Shown here: piece by piece, positions 29,274 to 40,612 of the stretch
Layout of the letters: the number at the start of each line of letters is the position of its first letter
How positions within the stretch are numbered: position 1 is the stretch's first letter
Assembly (NCBI GenBank): GCA_050251875.1
Contig: JBFWMA010000011.1
Coordinates: 13,938-77,937 of the forward strand
Direction: 5' to 3'
DNA length: 64,000 nt
Source: Deferribacterales bacterium
GTDB lineage: Bacteria > Chrysiogenota > Deferribacteres > Deferribacterales > Geovibrionaceae
Position numbers and translations under genes: made by a program
Notes under the pieces: model-generated
The model's input: the letters and a program-made list of their open reading frames with translations, nothing else
Databases searched by the model: none
What the model was told of the DNA's origin: nothing

Positions 29274-30950
29274 TTATATTTTGAACTGCCCCATGATGCC
29301 CATAAGCTCTTCCGACTGACGTTCCAGATCGGATACCGTTTTGCTGATCTCCGCCAGAGCGTGCGAGCTCTGCTCGATGCCGGCTGATATGGTCTGAGCG
29401 TTGTCGTTTATGTTGTCTATCGCCTGAACCTGCTCTTTTATAGATGTCTCTATCACATTGTTCATATCGCTCATCTGTGATACGGATGTCACGATTCTGT
29501 CGAAGAATGTGGATGTAGTCATCATGGTTTTCACGCCGGAATCAACCTGTGTCAGAGCTACCCCCATGTCTTGAGAAGCACGGGAGGATTCTTTCTGAAG
29601 GTTGTTGATAATAGAGCCTATCTCGCCTGTGGCGCTCTGTGTGCGCTCGGCCAGCTTACGAACCTCGTCAGCTACCACAGCAAAACCTCTGCCGTGCTCG
29701 CCGGCTCTTGCCGCCTCGATAGCGGCGTTCAGCGCCAGAAGGTTGGTCTGGTCTGCGATGTCGCTGATAACATTCAGAATCTCGTTAATCTCCTGAGATG
29801 AATCCGCCAGACTCTGGATAGTAGTACCCAGCTGATCCACTCTGTCTTTGATCTCCTGAATCTCGCCCACAGCCTTCTGAAGCATCTTGCTTCCCTCCAT
29901 GGTGCTGGAAGATGTCTCTCCGGCTACCTTACTGCTGTGTGCCAGATTATCCATTATCAGAGAGGAGGATGTGCTCATCTCTTCTGTGGCGGAAGCCACG
30001 CCGGAGACCTGAGACGACTGATCGCTCATAGTGGTGGAGAGCTCTTCTGTGGCGGCGGCGAGCTCGGTGCTGCCGGACGCTACTGAGTGGGCGTTCGCCT
30101 GAACTGTCGCCACTATGTCTCTCAGCTTCGCTATGAAAAGGTTGAAATATTCGGACATTCTGCCGACTTCATCGTGAGATGTCACGGGGAGTTTTTTCGT
30201 GAGGTCGCCCTCGCCTGCTGATATCTCTTTCAGCATCTCAGCAGCGGTTACCACGCCTTTTGTGATTTTTGAAACAAAGAACAGAGTGACGATAACAGAT
30301 ACAACTACTATTACCACAGAGAGTATCAGTATAAAGATCGTAATATTTCTGATTTTGGCGGCGGAACTGAGTCTTATCTCTTCCACAGCCGCATCTATGT
30401 CATCAATATAAAATCCGGCTCCTATCATCCAGTTCAGCTTATCAACGCTGACAGCGTAAGTCAGTTTAGGAACTTCATTATCATTAGGAGGTTTTTTCCA
30501 GATATACTGAAGATATCCGCCCCCTTTTTTTGCTATATTGATCATATCTTTGACAAAGTAGACACCGTTCTTATCATGGAGATCGCTCATGTCCACTCCA
30601 ACGTCCTGCGGTCTTGCTTTTGACGCCAGGTTTATGGCATTGTAGTCGAAAGCGAATATATACCCGCTTTCTCCGAACTGCATATTAGCAACCATATCCA
30701 CGGCAGCAGCAGCAGCGTCTTCAAGATTATCCGAACGGTTTACAATACCGTCAATGGATGTTCTTGCCACATCCACAATTTCCTTAAGTTCAATTTCTTT
30801 GCTCTTCATCAGCTCTTTTCTGGCTAACTCAATCTCCTGAGCCGCAGAATTGCGCATCTGTAATACTACAGAAGAAGAAATTATTAAAGCGACTAGTAAA
30901 ATAGGAATAATAACGAGAGAAAGAATCTTTGCCTTGATAGACTTAAACAT
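29274..30950 (-). CDS. Methyl-accepting chemotaxis protein, single Cache sensor domain
   Basis: TM-Cache ([23 protein letters not shown])-[44 protein letters not shown]. Confidence 0.95.
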   Translation of the reverse strand: MFKSIKAKILSLVIIPILLVALIISSSVVLQMRNSAAQEIELARKELMKSKEIELKEIVDVARTSIDGIVNRSDNLEDAAAAAVDMVANMQFGESGYIFAFDYNAINLASKARPQDVGVDMSDLHDKNGVYFVKDMINIAKKGGGYLQYIWKKPPNDNEVPKLTYAVSVDKLNWMIGAGFYIDDIDAAVEEIRLSSAAKIRNITIFILILSVVIVVVSVIVTLFFVSKITKGVVTAAEMLKEISAGEGDLTKKLPVTSHDEVGRMSEYFNLFIAKLRDIVATVQANAHSVASGSTELAAATEELSTTMSDQSSQVSGVASATEEMSTSSSLIMDNLAHSSKVAGETSSSTMEGSKMLQKAVGEIQEIKDRVDQLGTTIQSLADSSQEINEILNVISDIADQTNLLALNAAIEAARAGEHGRGFAVVADEVRKLAERTQSATGEIGSIINNLQKESSRASQDMGVALTQVDSGVKTMMTTSTFFDRIVTSVSQMSDMNNVIETSIKEQVQAIDNINDNAQTISAGIEQSSHALAEISKTVSDLERQSEELMGIMGQFKI

Positions 30951-31228
30951 AGCAAAACCCCTTTTAATACATAATCACGACCACTAACATTTTGTGTTTT
31001 GAATAACAACAGCTCATAACTTGTTTCTTACCTTGTTAACCGCACCATGCCGCACTATATCTTCACAACTTTCACATATTTTACCCCTTTTTCAATGAAA
31101 ATTAAAGTAAATCTCACGTTAAGAGTCTTTTTTATTAGATTTTATTATTACACTGGAAGTGTTTGCGAAAGAAGCACTTGTTACCGAAATGTGTTAACCG
31201 CAGATAGTAAAGCTAAAAACTGATTAAT

Positions 31229-31254
31229 AAAAAAGGCGGTCAATGACCGCCTTT
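31229..31254 (-). terminator. Terminator after MCP 2
   Basis: AAAGGCGGTC-AAT-GACCGCCTTT. Confidence 0.75.
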
Positions 31255-31260
31255 AAATAA

Positions 31261-32937
31261 TTATATCTTAAACTGCCCCATGATTACCATGAGCTCTTCC
31301 GACTGACGTTCCAGATCGGATACCGTTTTGCTGATCTCCGCCAGAGCGTGCGAGCTCTGCTCGATGCCGGCTGATATGGTCTGAGAATTATCGTTGATGT
31401 TGTCTATCGCCTGCACCTGCTCTCTGATAGACGTTTCGATCACATTGTTCATATCGCTCATCTGCGATACGGATTCAACTATCTTGTCAAAGAATGTGGA
31501 TGTAGTCATCATGGTTTTAACACCGGAATCAACCTGTGTCAGAGCGACACCCATGTCGTCTGATGCTCTGGCTGATTCTTTCTGAAGGTTGTTGATGATA
31601 GAGCCTATCTCGCCTGTGGCGCTCTGTGTGCGCTCGGCCAGCTTACGAACCTCGTCAGCTACCACAGCGAATCCTCTGCCGTGCTCGCCGGCTCTTGCAG
31701 CCTCGATAGCGGCGTTCAGCGCCAGAAGGTTGGTCTGGTCTGCGATATCGCTGATAACATTCAGAATCTCGTTAATCTCCTGAGAAGAATCCGCCAGACT
31801 CTGGATGGTAGTACCCAGCTGATCCACTCTGTCTTTTATCTCCTGAATCTCGCCCACAGCCTTTTGCAGCATCTTGCTTCCCTCTATGGTGCTGGAAGAT
31901 GTCTCTCCGGCTACCTTACTGCTGTGTTCCAGGTTTTCTGTGATGAGAGCGGATGAGACGCTCATCTCTTCTGTGGCGGAAGCCACGCCGGAGACCTGAG
32001 ACGACTGATCGCTCATAGTGGTGGAGAGCTCTTCTGTGGCGGCGGCGAGCTCGGTGCTGCCGGACGCTACAGAGTGGGCGTTCGCCTGAACTGTCGCCAC
32101 AATGTCTCTCAGCTTTTCTATGAAAAGGTTGAAATATTCAGACATTCTGCCGACTTCATCGTGAGATGTCACGGGCAGTTTTTTCGTGAGGTCGCCCTCA
32201 CCTGCTGATATCTCTTTCAGCATGTCAGCCGCTGTTACCACGCCTTTCGTGATTTTTGAAACGAAGAACAGAGTCGCCGCAATGGAAACAGCGACAACTA
32301 CAACAGCGAGTATCAATATAAAAATTGTGATATTTCTGATCTTCGCAGCCGAATTAAGCCTGATCTGCTCTATGGCTGCCTCTATGTCATCTACATAAAA
32401 TCCTGTTCCGATCATCCAGCCCAGTTTGTCCACTCCGTCAGCATAGCTGAGCTTCGGAGCGAGTTTGTTGCTGGGCGGTTTCTGCCAGATATATTTCACA
32501 TATCCGCCGCCTTTTTTCGCCGCCTCTATCAGTTCCTGAGTGAAACGGACTCCGTTGTCGTCCTTCAGGTCGATCATGTTTTTGCCTATGTTGTCTCCGC
32601 CGGTTCTGGATGCCATCAGAACACCGTCATAGCTGTAGGCGAATATATAGCCGTCTTCACCGAACTTCATGCTGTTAACCATAGCCTCGGCGGAAGCCAG
32701 AGCGTCTTCGGGTGTTGCCGCTTTTTCCACTATGGCGTCCAGAGATGTTTTTGCCACATCCACTATCTCTTTAAGCTCGGCTTCTTTGCTTTTCATCAGA
32801 TCGTTTCTGGCTAGCTCAATTTCCTGAGCAGCGGAACTGCGCATCTGCACAATAACCGAAACAGAAATAATAATTGTAACCAGCAGGACGGGAACAATTA
32901 CTAAGGTAAGAATTTTCGTTTTGATTGATTTCAACAT
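31261..32937 (-). CDS. Methyl-accepting chemotaxis protein, paralog of 29274-30950
   Basis: Same architecture and near-identical signalling domain; start MLKSIK matches MFKSIK. Confidence 0.95.
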   Translation of the reverse strand: MLKSIKTKILTLVIVPVLLVTIIISVSVIVQMRSSAAQEIELARNDLMKSKEAELKEIVDVAKTSLDAIVEKAATPEDALASAEAMVNSMKFGEDGYIFAYSYDGVLMASRTGGDNIGKNMIDLKDDNGVRFTQELIEAAKKGGGYVKYIWQKPPSNKLAPKLSYADGVDKLGWMIGTGFYVDDIEAAIEQIRLNSAAKIRNITIFILILAVVVVAVSIAATLFFVSKITKGVVTAADMLKEISAGEGDLTKKLPVTSHDEVGRMSEYFNLFIEKLRDIVATVQANAHSVASGSTELAAATEELSTTMSDQSSQVSGVASATEEMSVSSALITENLEHSSKVAGETSSSTIEGSKMLQKAVGEIQEIKDRVDQLGTTIQSLADSSQEINEILNVISDIADQTNLLALNAAIEAARAGEHGRGFAVVADEVRKLAERTQSATGEIGSIINNLQKESARASDDMGVALTQVDSGVKTMMTTSTFFDKIVESVSQMSDMNNVIETSIREQVQAIDNINDNSQTISAGIEQSSHALAEISKTVSDLERQSEELMVIMGQFKI

Positions 32938-33252
32938 AAACCACCCCAAATATAAAGGTTCACAATTGTGTCTATATTTTAAAAATATGAAACTTAGTTA
33001 AAAAAGCAAACTAAATTTAATAGTTTAATTTCCATTTATTATCAAGAGCTAATACATATTAGACCCTGACTATATATATTTTAAACACAATAAAACGAGA
33101 AAAAAAGCCTAATTTAATATAATAAACTTCATAATACTAAAATCATAATTTATAGCTAACTTATCAATAAAATCAAGAATTATGAATAGTGATATTTACA
33201 ATTTAGTTATCATTGCATATATTTAATTATTAATAACGGCAGGGGGCTTCTG

Positions 33253-33708
33253 ATGAAAAGATTTATTCTGTTTACTGTGCTTATGTTCTCATTGGCTTTC
33301 GCCGCTCACGCTGAAATGTCTAAAGGACAGACGGTATACGTCCCGGTCTATTCACACATATACACTGGCGACAGAGAGCGCCCATTCCTCCTGACAGCCA
33401 CCGTCAGCATCAGAAACACAGATATGTCATCCCCCGTCACCATAATATCCGCCGACTACTATGACTCAGACGGTCAGAAGATAGCCGAATACGCTCCCAA
33501 ATCCGTGACGCTGAAACCTCTCACCGCTGTCAGATTCGTCATAAAAGAATCAGACAAACAGGGCGGCTCCGGAGCCAGTGTCATCGTCCGCTGGACAGCG
33601 AAAAACTCTGTTTCCGCTCCTCTGATCGAATCCGTGATGATTGGCGCTCAGAACCAGCAGGGAATCTCATTCACATCCAGAGGCAAGGTCATTCTGGAAT
33701 CTAAATAA
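33253..33708 (+). CDS. Exported DUF3124-like protein
   Basis: Signal peptide; GQTVYVPVYSHIY, LTATVSIRNTD, GGSGAS, PLIESVMIG, GISFTSRG. Confidence 0.75.
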   Translation: MKRFILFTVLMFSLAFAAHAEMSKGQTVYVPVYSHIYTGDRERPFLLTATVSIRNTDMSSPVTIISADYYDSDGQKIAEYAPKSVTLKPLTAVRFVIKESDKQGGSGASVIVRWTAKNSVSAPLIESVMIGAQNQQGISFTSRGKVILESK

Positions 33709-33771
33709 GACCCATTGCGTCCTTTTATACTCCTCCTATATTAATGTCATATCAATACAGCGGGGATCATC

Positions 33772-34245
33772 ATGAAAACGATAACATATATAATAACAGC
33801 GCTGATGCTGATGACATCGGCGTTATACGCCGAACCATCCTCCCTTAAAGGGCTCAACACAGCGAAATTTGTAGTCGATCTTAATCAGGGCAGCGGACAG
33901 CTTCTGGCTCTGCGTCTCAGGCTCATCATGGAAACCATGGACAACATAGCTCAGAGCGATGTGAAACCGGACACAGTGGTGGCTGTGCGCGGGCAGGCAT
34001 CCCGGTTTATGACTGTGGGAGACAGATATCTGAACGAAGAGGACAGACAGACCAGACACGAGATACAGGCTCTGGTGGCTGAGCTGAAAAAGAGAGGAGC
34101 GAGGCTGGAACAATGCGCCATCGCGCTGAGACTTCTTAAAATAGACCCGGCGGACATAGACCCAGACCTGACAGTGGTTCAGAACGGATATGTTTCTCTG
34201 ATCGGATACCAGAATCAGGGATACGCTATGCTGCCGATGGAATAG
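33772..34245 (+). CDS. Exported DsrE/DsrF-like protein
   Basis: Signal peptide; KFVVD, VAVRG, LEQCAIA, NGYVSLIGYQNQGYA. Confidence 0.75.
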   Translation: MKTITYIITALMLMTSALYAEPSSLKGLNTAKFVVDLNQGSGQLLALRLRLIMETMDNIAQSDVKPDTVVAVRGQASRFMTVGDRYLNEEDRQTRHEIQALVAELKKRGARLEQCAIALRLLKIDPADIDPDLTVVQNGYVSLIGYQNQGYAMLPME

Positions 34246-34355
34246 CTGGACTTTCTGCGGCGGCAGGTTTAATATACCCTAAAGTTAAAAATGCTAAGTA
34301 TACTGAAAACCGCAACAACATTAGTTAGCTTAACAAATAAATTTAAGGGTATTCA

Positions 34356-35573
34356 ATGGAACCTGCCGCCCCTAAAGGAAATTTCTATTACGGATGGGTA
34401 ATAGTGCTCATCGGGTTCTTCACCGTGTTCACTTCTCTCGGGCTGGCACGGTTCGCCTACGGCATGCTGATACCCTCCATGCGGCAGGGGCTCGGGCTGT
34501 CATACGACAGCGCGGGGTTCATCAGCTCCTCCAACTTCGCCGGATATCTCGCCTCTGTGGCTCTCGCCCCATACATCATAAAGAAACTGAAACCCAGACT
34601 GGCTATTTCGCTCGGTCTGCTCATCATAGCCGTATGCATGATTATGATCTCCTCCGCTCACTCCCCCGGAACCATCGCCTTCTTATACGCTCTGACAGGC
34701 GCCGGAAGCGGACTGGCGAATATCATCATCATGGTGCTGATATCACACTGGTTTCTGAGAAGCAAAAGGGGCAAAGCCGCCGGACTTATGGTGACCGGAA
34801 ACGGTGTCGCCATCATCAGCGCCGGCTATTTCGTCCCGTTTATCAATTCTATATACGGCTCTGAGGGCTGGCGTTCCGCCTGGTTTGTGATGGGTATCAT
34901 CACTCTGGCGGTCAGTCTGTCGGCGGTGATCTTTCTGCGCAACTCGCCGGAGGACATGGGGCTTATGCCCATAGGACACGGCGCTCCGGAGCAGAAGAAC
35001 CCTGACAAAAAAGCAGGAACGGCGAAGCTCCTGTTGGCGCTCGGTCTGCTCTATTTCATCTTCGGCGCCACATACGTCATCTACGGGACTTTCATCGTCT
35101 CATCCATAATAAACGACTACGGACTGTCCGAATCCACCGCTGGCATGTTCTGGTCTTTCGTGGGATTTTTCGGTCTGTTTTCCGGAATAGGATTCGGCAT
35201 GTTCTCCGACAGAGCCGGCAGAAAGAAGGGTCTGGCGGTTGTTTTCGCCGTTCAGACGGCGGCATATCTGCTCGCCGGGTCACAGGTGTCGAATATCACT
35301 CTCGGGCTCTCCGTTTTTTTCTACGGCATAGCCGCCTTCTCCATCCCCACCATAATGGCGGCGGCGGTGGGCGACTATTTCGGCACGGCGAAAGCCGCTG
35401 TTTCGTTCAGCATTATCACATTTTTCTTCGCCGCCGGACAGACGGGAGGACCCTCTCTGGCTGGAATTCTGGCGGAACATTCCGGCTCTTTCTCAGGCAG
35501 TTATCTGCTGAGCGGGGCGCTCACTGCGTGCGGCGTTGCTGTCGCTCTGTTTCTTCCGCCGCCGAACGCCTAA
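34356..35573 (+). CDS. MFS transporter (YbfB/YjiJ-like)
   Basis: GLARFAYGMLIPSM, SNFAGYL, SDRAGRK; about 12 TM. Confidence 0.88.
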   Translation: MEPAAPKGNFYYGWVIVLIGFFTVFTSLGLARFAYGMLIPSMRQGLGLSYDSAGFISSSNFAGYLASVALAPYIIKKLKPRLAISLGLLIIAVCMIMISSAHSPGTIAFLYALTGAGSGLANIIIMVLISHWFLRSKRGKAAGLMVTGNGVAIISAGYFVPFINSIYGSEGWRSAWFVMGIITLAVSLSAVIFLRNSPEDMGLMPIGHGAPEQKNPDKKAGTAKLLLALGLLYFIFGATYVIYGTFIVSSIINDYGLSESTAGMFWSFVGFFGLFSGIGFGMFSDRAGRKKGLAVVFAVQTAAYLLAGSQVSNITLGLSVFFYGIAAFSIPTIMAAAVGDYFGTAKAAVSFSIITFFFAAGQTGGPSLAGILAEHSGSFSGSYLLSGALTACGVAVALFLPPPNA

Positions 35574-35664
35574 AATACGCCTGAAAATTGGCGATAAGTG
35601 TAAATCTATAGTTTCTGTTTTTGGTTAATTATGATATCATGCTCTAAATTTCAGGGGTGCGGGA

Positions 35665-36093
35665 ATGAAGAAATCAGTCATTATTATTTTAGTCGCATTA
35701 TTTGTCACAGGGATTATTTATTATGCTATGAAACCATCAGGAAACACCGGACAGGATGAGCCTCTTTCACAGACTCTGATAGATTCCGGAATCAAAATAA
35801 TAGATATCCGAACCAAGCCCGAATGGATTCAGACAGGAATCGTTCAGGGAGCGTACACTCTCACTTTTTTTGATGAGAGGGGCGGATACAACGTTTCAGA
35901 GTTCACAGATCAGCTAAGCCGTATAGTGACAAAAGACGAGAAATTCGCCATAGTCTGCCGCACGGGCAACCGGACATCTATGGCTGTCAAAATACTCCGT
36001 GAGCAGGGTTACAAAAACGTGATCGATATTCTGGGCGGGGTAAAACTCGGCGCTCAGAATGGAATCAATCTTACTCCATACACCGAAGGATAA
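35665..36093 (+). CDS. Membrane-anchored single-domain rhodanese
   Basis: N-terminal TM; IIDIRTKPEW..TG, active loop CRTGNRT, GGV. Confidence 0.85.
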   Translation: MKKSVIIILVALFVTGIIYYAMKPSGNTGQDEPLSQTLIDSGIKIIDIRTKPEWIQTGIVQGAYTLTFFDERGGYNVSEFTDQLSRIVTKDEKFAIVCRTGNRTSMAVKILREQGYKNVIDILGGVKLGAQNGINLTPYTEG

Positions 36094-36105
36094 AAGAGGC
36101 GGGGC

Positions 36106-38484
36106 TTATGCCCCGCTGTTTTTCATATCATTCACCAGAGACCTGTAAACAGTTCCGTAAAACATGTCTATATACCTTCCGGTCTCCTCTCTGTCCAGAT
36201 TGGACACATATTTCCAGAATCCGTATACTCTCGAAAGTTTCAGCAGTTTTTTAACGTATATGTCCCATGTGTAGCGTTCCTTCACACGGTCTATGGCGGC
36301 TTCGGATACTCTGTTCCACAGCTCAGGATCCTTTTCGCAGTTTTTAAAAAACTTCAGAATGATTCCGGACATCTCCTCCTCGTCATTGGGGTTGATGTGA
36401 TATCCGCATCTGCCGTTGTCTATTATCTCCAGCGGACCGCCGTATTTTGTGGCGAACACTGGCAGACCGCTCACCATTGCCTCTATCACCGTCAGACCGA
36501 AAGCCTCGAATATCGCCGGCTGAACGAACACTCCGCCGTTTTCGGCTATATATCTGTAGAGCTCGCCAGCCACGGATTTATTCAGATGCACTCCGAGCCA
36601 CCTTACTCCGCTGTCCAGCCCATATGTATCAAATAGCTGGTGCATCTGTGAAATCTGGTTTCTCTCCTCTTCGTCAGAGGATGAGTTGATATCCGTGTTT
36701 CCGGCTATCACCACCAGATTGGCTTTGTCTCTCAGCTCCTGGTCAGCGCCGAACGCCCTCACCAGTCCGGTGATGTTCTTCACCTTGTCCAGTCTTGCCA
36801 TGGTGAAAATCAGCCGTTTTTCGCCCTTCTCTATCTTTCCTCTGCTCTTCTCGTCCGGATCGCCGTAAATCAGCCTTTCCAGCTCGGCGTGGGCGTCAAA
36901 GAGCCTCTTGTCTCTCTCTGTGTATGGAAAGTAAAACATATCGTCAGCTCCGGGAGAGACAATGTTGAATTTCGGATCGAACACGTTGATTCCGTTCACC
37001 ACACGGTAGAGGTCGGGCAGTGTATAGTCGCTGTAACTCTCATACTGTCCCATGGATTCCTTCGTTCCCGCTATCTCCTGATAGGTGCTGGTGATGATGA
37101 AATCGGCGGAATTCATGCTGATAAGGTCGGCTGTATACTGCACGGAAAAATTATATTCGCTGTTGTCTTTCCAGTAGAGATCGCTGAAAAGATATTTCGC
37201 CTTTTCCAGAGCATGGGCGATGTTGCAGTGGGTTATATGCAGTTTTTTCGCTATCAGATACGCAGACAGGCTTCCGTCCGAATAGTTGCCTATGATTAGG
37301 TCGGGGCGTTTTTTAAAGAATGAGACTATCTCGCCCGCCGCCTCGGATGAAAATCTCTCCATATAAGGCCACACGGAGAATCTGGATATCCAGTGGCGCA
37401 CTATCTCGCCGTTTTCATATCTGAACGGTACCCGCAGAATCCACACATTGTCCGTGCCGTATACCTTCTCCTCACGCTGGGCGCATGTGGTCTCTCCGCA
37501 CTCCGGAATCAGGCGTGTGATTATCACTATCTTGGGAACTATATCGAGTCCCTGCATATAAATCTGATGCTTCATCTCTTTTTCCAGAGCCTTCACCTTG
37601 TCCAGAATATAAACTACCTGACCGCCGGTGTCGGGCAGACCCAGCACCTTCTCCTGTCCGAAGAAGCCGTGGGGAGACATCAGCGCTATATCAAATATCA
37701 TCGGGATATTGCTCAGAAATTTTTCCAGCGTCACATGGTCCGGCGCTTCCAGAATGTCCAGAAGCAGGTTGAACATAGACTCTATATCACGGGCATAGCG
37801 CCCCCAGCCCGGGCGGAAACCGAACCCGGACAGCGTCTGTGAAACGTCTATCCACTGGGCTTCATCCGGCTGTTCGGCTATGAAAGCCGCGCCGTCATGC
37901 AGACTCCTCTTCAGCTCCTTCACCGTGCCGATGCTCTTGTCTATCAGAAGCTGGGAGTCACTGCATTTATGCAGCCGCATGAACTCCAGAAGCTGTCCGG
38001 CGCCGTCATTGCCGTTGGCAAACATGCGCCCGGAGAGCATCCTGTTCAGAAACTCAACGCCTTTTCCGATGGATTTTATCTCTTTCATCTTCGGAAAATC
38101 CCTGTTGAACGGGCTGAAATCCAGCTCCAGCATATAGTCGCTGTCGGAGCTTCCGGTCACTATCTGTTCCTTCACTAGCAGATATGACGAAGCGTCCGAC
38201 TCATACGCCGTAAAGTCGTTGGCATTTATAGTCAGATAAGACCAGATACCGATATTATTCCTTATCATCAGATGGATGAACGGATCTCTGAACGTCATCT
38301 CCTGCGTATATTTCGACAGGCTCTTAAAATGTTTCAGCTCTCCGGGACACTGACCGCACAGCTCCTGAAAGTCGCTTTTCAGGATGAACGTTTTGCCCAG
38401 TTCCCTCAGCATGCTGAAAAAAGCGAACGCCTTCGGTCTGTTCTCCGAAAGCTCCGTGGTTATGTCCTCAGCGAATCTGCCCAT
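36106..38484 (-). CDS. sus: Sucrose synthase (GT4)
   Basis: ELDFSPF, IGKGVEFLNR, SPHGFFGQEKVLGLPDTGGQVVYILD, GNYSDG, AHALEK, MARLDKVKN, EAFGLTVIEAM. Confidence 0.95.
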   Translation of the reverse strand: MGRFAEDITTELSENRPKAFAFFSMLRELGKTFILKSDFQELCGQCPGELKHFKSLSKYTQEMTFRDPFIHLMIRNNIGIWSYLTINANDFTAYESDASSYLLVKEQIVTGSSDSDYMLELDFSPFNRDFPKMKEIKSIGKGVEFLNRMLSGRMFANGNDGAGQLLEFMRLHKCSDSQLLIDKSIGTVKELKRSLHDGAAFIAEQPDEAQWIDVSQTLSGFGFRPGWGRYARDIESMFNLLLDILEAPDHVTLEKFLSNIPMIFDIALMSPHGFFGQEKVLGLPDTGGQVVYILDKVKALEKEMKHQIYMQGLDIVPKIVIITRLIPECGETTCAQREEKVYGTDNVWILRVPFRYENGEIVRHWISRFSVWPYMERFSSEAAGEIVSFFKKRPDLIIGNYSDGSLSAYLIAKKLHITHCNIAHALEKAKYLFSDLYWKDNSEYNFSVQYTADLISMNSADFIITSTYQEIAGTKESMGQYESYSDYTLPDLYRVVNGINVFDPKFNIVSPGADDMFYFPYTERDKRLFDAHAELERLIYGDPDEKSRGKIEKGEKRLIFTMARLDKVKNITGLVRAFGADQELRDKANLVVIAGNTDINSSSDEEERNQISQMHQLFDTYGLDSGVRWLGVHLNKSVAGELYRYIAENGGVFVQPAIFEAFGLTVIEAMVSGLPVFATKYGGPLEIIDNGRCGYHINPNDEEEMSGIILKFFKNCEKDPELWNRVSEAAIDRVKERYTWDIYVKKLLKLSRVYGFWKYVSNLDREETGRYIDMFYGTVYRSLVNDMKNSGA

Positions 38485-40612
38485 AATCCCCTCCCTCTAC
38501 AAAATTAAAATGTTTTATTCCCTCTAAAATGCCCTCAGAATACTCCGCCCCGGCGAAATATATGTCCTCTCTGCCTCTGAGCCTCTCCAGCTCCGTGCTG
38601 TAGTTGCCCACCACCACGGATTTGTTGTTGCCTTTCAGCATATCCTCATCGTTGCCGGAGTCTCCCGCCACCAGAATATTTTCCGGCTCTATACCCCACT
38701 TCATGCTGAGATATCGGACGGCAAGTCCCTTGGACGCTCTCAAAGGCAGGATATCCAGATACTGTCCGTGGGACATGAATATCTTCACCCTCAGTCCGTT
38801 CTGTCTGAACATCTTTCTCAGAACAGACGGTTTAGGGCATTTTTTGTCGTAATAATAGCTGACTTTGAACTCTCTCTGTTTCACGCTCTCCTGAATCTCC
38901 ACTCCCTCGATATCCTTCATCAGCTCACGCACGGTGTCCGGATTCCAGAAATAGTTCAGGTGTTTGCGCCAGCCCTCGTCCGGCTTCATCTCGCCTTTGT
39001 TGTAATAGATTTCCGACCCCACCGCCGTGATGAAGAAATCCGGAAACGGAACGTCCCACTCCTTCAAGGCTTCCACGGCGCTGTCCAGCCTGCGCCCGGT
39101 GGCAACACCGAAACCGATGCGCCCCTTATTCTCTTCCAGAGTCTTCAGCAGTCTTTTCAGCGATGCTTCATCCCCCAGCAGAGTGTTGTCTATATCCGTG
39201 ATTATCAGCTTTTCATATGTAGGTAGCTTGACCCTAGATCTGGCGTAAAAATTCATAACAGTCCTTTTTTTCATCAGCTGGCTGATGTTTTTCATATAGG
39301 TTTTGACGTGTCCGTCCCATGTATATTTCTGGCGGACGTTTCTGATACCGTTTTTTGACATCTTCTCATATCTGTCTCTGTCTGAGAGGATGGTGAAAAG
39401 GGCGTTTTCTATGTCGGCTGTGTCCAGCGGATTTATCAGAATACCGTTTTTGCAGTTTTTGATGATGTCTATGGGACCGCCGTCCGCAGTGGCGGCTATA
39501 GGCACTCCGGACGCCGCCGCCTCTATGAGCGTCAGCCCGAAAGGCTCTGTGAGAGCCGGATTCACAAACACGCCGCCCATGCTGGCGCACAGACGGTAAA
39601 ACTCCGGCACCTCGTCCGATGTGTGGCTTTTCGGATACGCCGCTTTGCCATAAAGGTCATATCTGTCCACCGCCAGCAGTATTTTGTTCAGAACCCCCGC
39701 CGTGGATTTATCCATAGCGGCGATATCGTCCCTTCCGCCTGCCACTATCACCAGATTAGCCATGTTCTGAAGCCTCTCACTTTCACCGTATGCTTTTATC
39801 AGCGACAGGATATTCTTGCGCTCGTCCGCACGGGACATGGCAAAGATAAAAGGTTTCAAAGGATTGGTAAGAAATCTGGACAACATAGAAAACGTGGGGT
39901 TTCTGTATGCGTCCCTCCTGAACTTCGGCGGTGAAAAACGGGCAATATCCACACCGGGAGGAATCACCGTCATCAGCTTTTCACGGTAGTTCTCATAACA
40001 ACTGTACTGAGTGCTGATCTCCTGCTGTGTGCTGGCGACAACGAACAGCGCCGTGTCCAGAGCCAGTTCCTCTGCCTCTATGCGCTTTCTGATGCGGTAC
40101 CTTTTGTTTATGCTCTCATACGCCTGTCCCTTTTCCATGAGTTTACGCAGTTTTTCCCTGCCCAGCGAGTGTCCGGTGAATATGTGGGGAACACCCAGCA
40201 GATTGGAGAGCACGCTTCCGCAGTATCCGGCATCGGCATAGTGTGAGTGGATTACATCGGGGAGTTTTTTGTTTTTTCTGAAATATCGGAGCATGTTGTC
40301 GTTGAAAGAATCTAGATAGTTCCAAAGGGCTTCTTTTCTGATGTATTTTTCCGGTCCGCACCTTATGCGGACTATATTCACTTTGTCCGCTATCTGTTCC
40401 GTCTCTCTGGAGTAGTCTTCGCTGACGTCTCTGTCTTTCACCAGCCTGGTGAACAGGTCTACCCTGCCCACGTCCGGGTGACGTCCCAGAGCTTTTGCCA
40501 GCTCGACAACATATGTCGTCTGACCGCCCGTGTCAGCGTCACGCCCCAGCTCCAGGTTTTCGCCCCGTATGAGCCCGTGCACGCTGATGAGCGCTATGTA
40601 TGTTCCGGTCAT
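38468..40612 (-). CDS. sps: Sucrose-phosphate synthase with C-terminal HAD (SPP-like) domain
   Basis: SVHGLIRGENLELGRDADTGGQ, HSHYADAG, TGHSLG, NPALTEPFGLTLIEAAA; HAD motifs DIDNTL, ATGR, GDSGND. Confidence 0.92.
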   Translation of the reverse strand: MTGTYIALISVHGLIRGENLELGRDADTGGQTTYVVELAKALGRHPDVGRVDLFTRLVKDRDVSEDYSRETEQIADKVNIVRIRCGPEKYIRKEALWNYLDSFNDNMLRYFRKNKKLPDVIHSHYADAGYCGSVLSNLLGVPHIFTGHSLGREKLRKLMEKGQAYESINKRYRIRKRIEAEELALDTALFVVASTQQEISTQYSCYENYREKLMTVIPPGVDIARFSPPKFRRDAYRNPTFSMLSRFLTNPLKPFIFAMSRADERKNILSLIKAYGESERLQNMANLVIVAGGRDDIAAMDKSTAGVLNKILLAVDRYDLYGKAAYPKSHTSDEVPEFYRLCASMGGVFVNPALTEPFGLTLIEAAASGVPIAATADGGPIDIIKNCKNGILINPLDTADIENALFTILSDRDRYEKMSKNGIRNVRQKYTWDGHVKTYMKNISQLMKKRTVMNFYARSRVKLPTYEKLIITDIDNTLLGDEASLKRLLKTLEENKGRIGFGVATGRRLDSAVEALKEWDVPFPDFFITAVGSEIYYNKGEMKPDEGWRKHLNYFWNPDTVRELMKDIEGVEIQESVKQREFKVSYYYDKKCPKPSVLRKMFRQNGLRVKIFMSHGQYLDILPLRASKGLAVRYLSMKWGIEPENILVAGDSGNDEDMLKGNNKSVVVGNYSTELERLRGREDIYFAGAEYSEGILEGIKHFNFVEGGDYGQIR

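Noticed and set aside
31034..31202. Direct repeat TGTTAACCGCA at 31034 and 31192 upstream of MCP 1
   Set aside because: Only two 11-bp copies and not seen upstream of the paralog; could be chance
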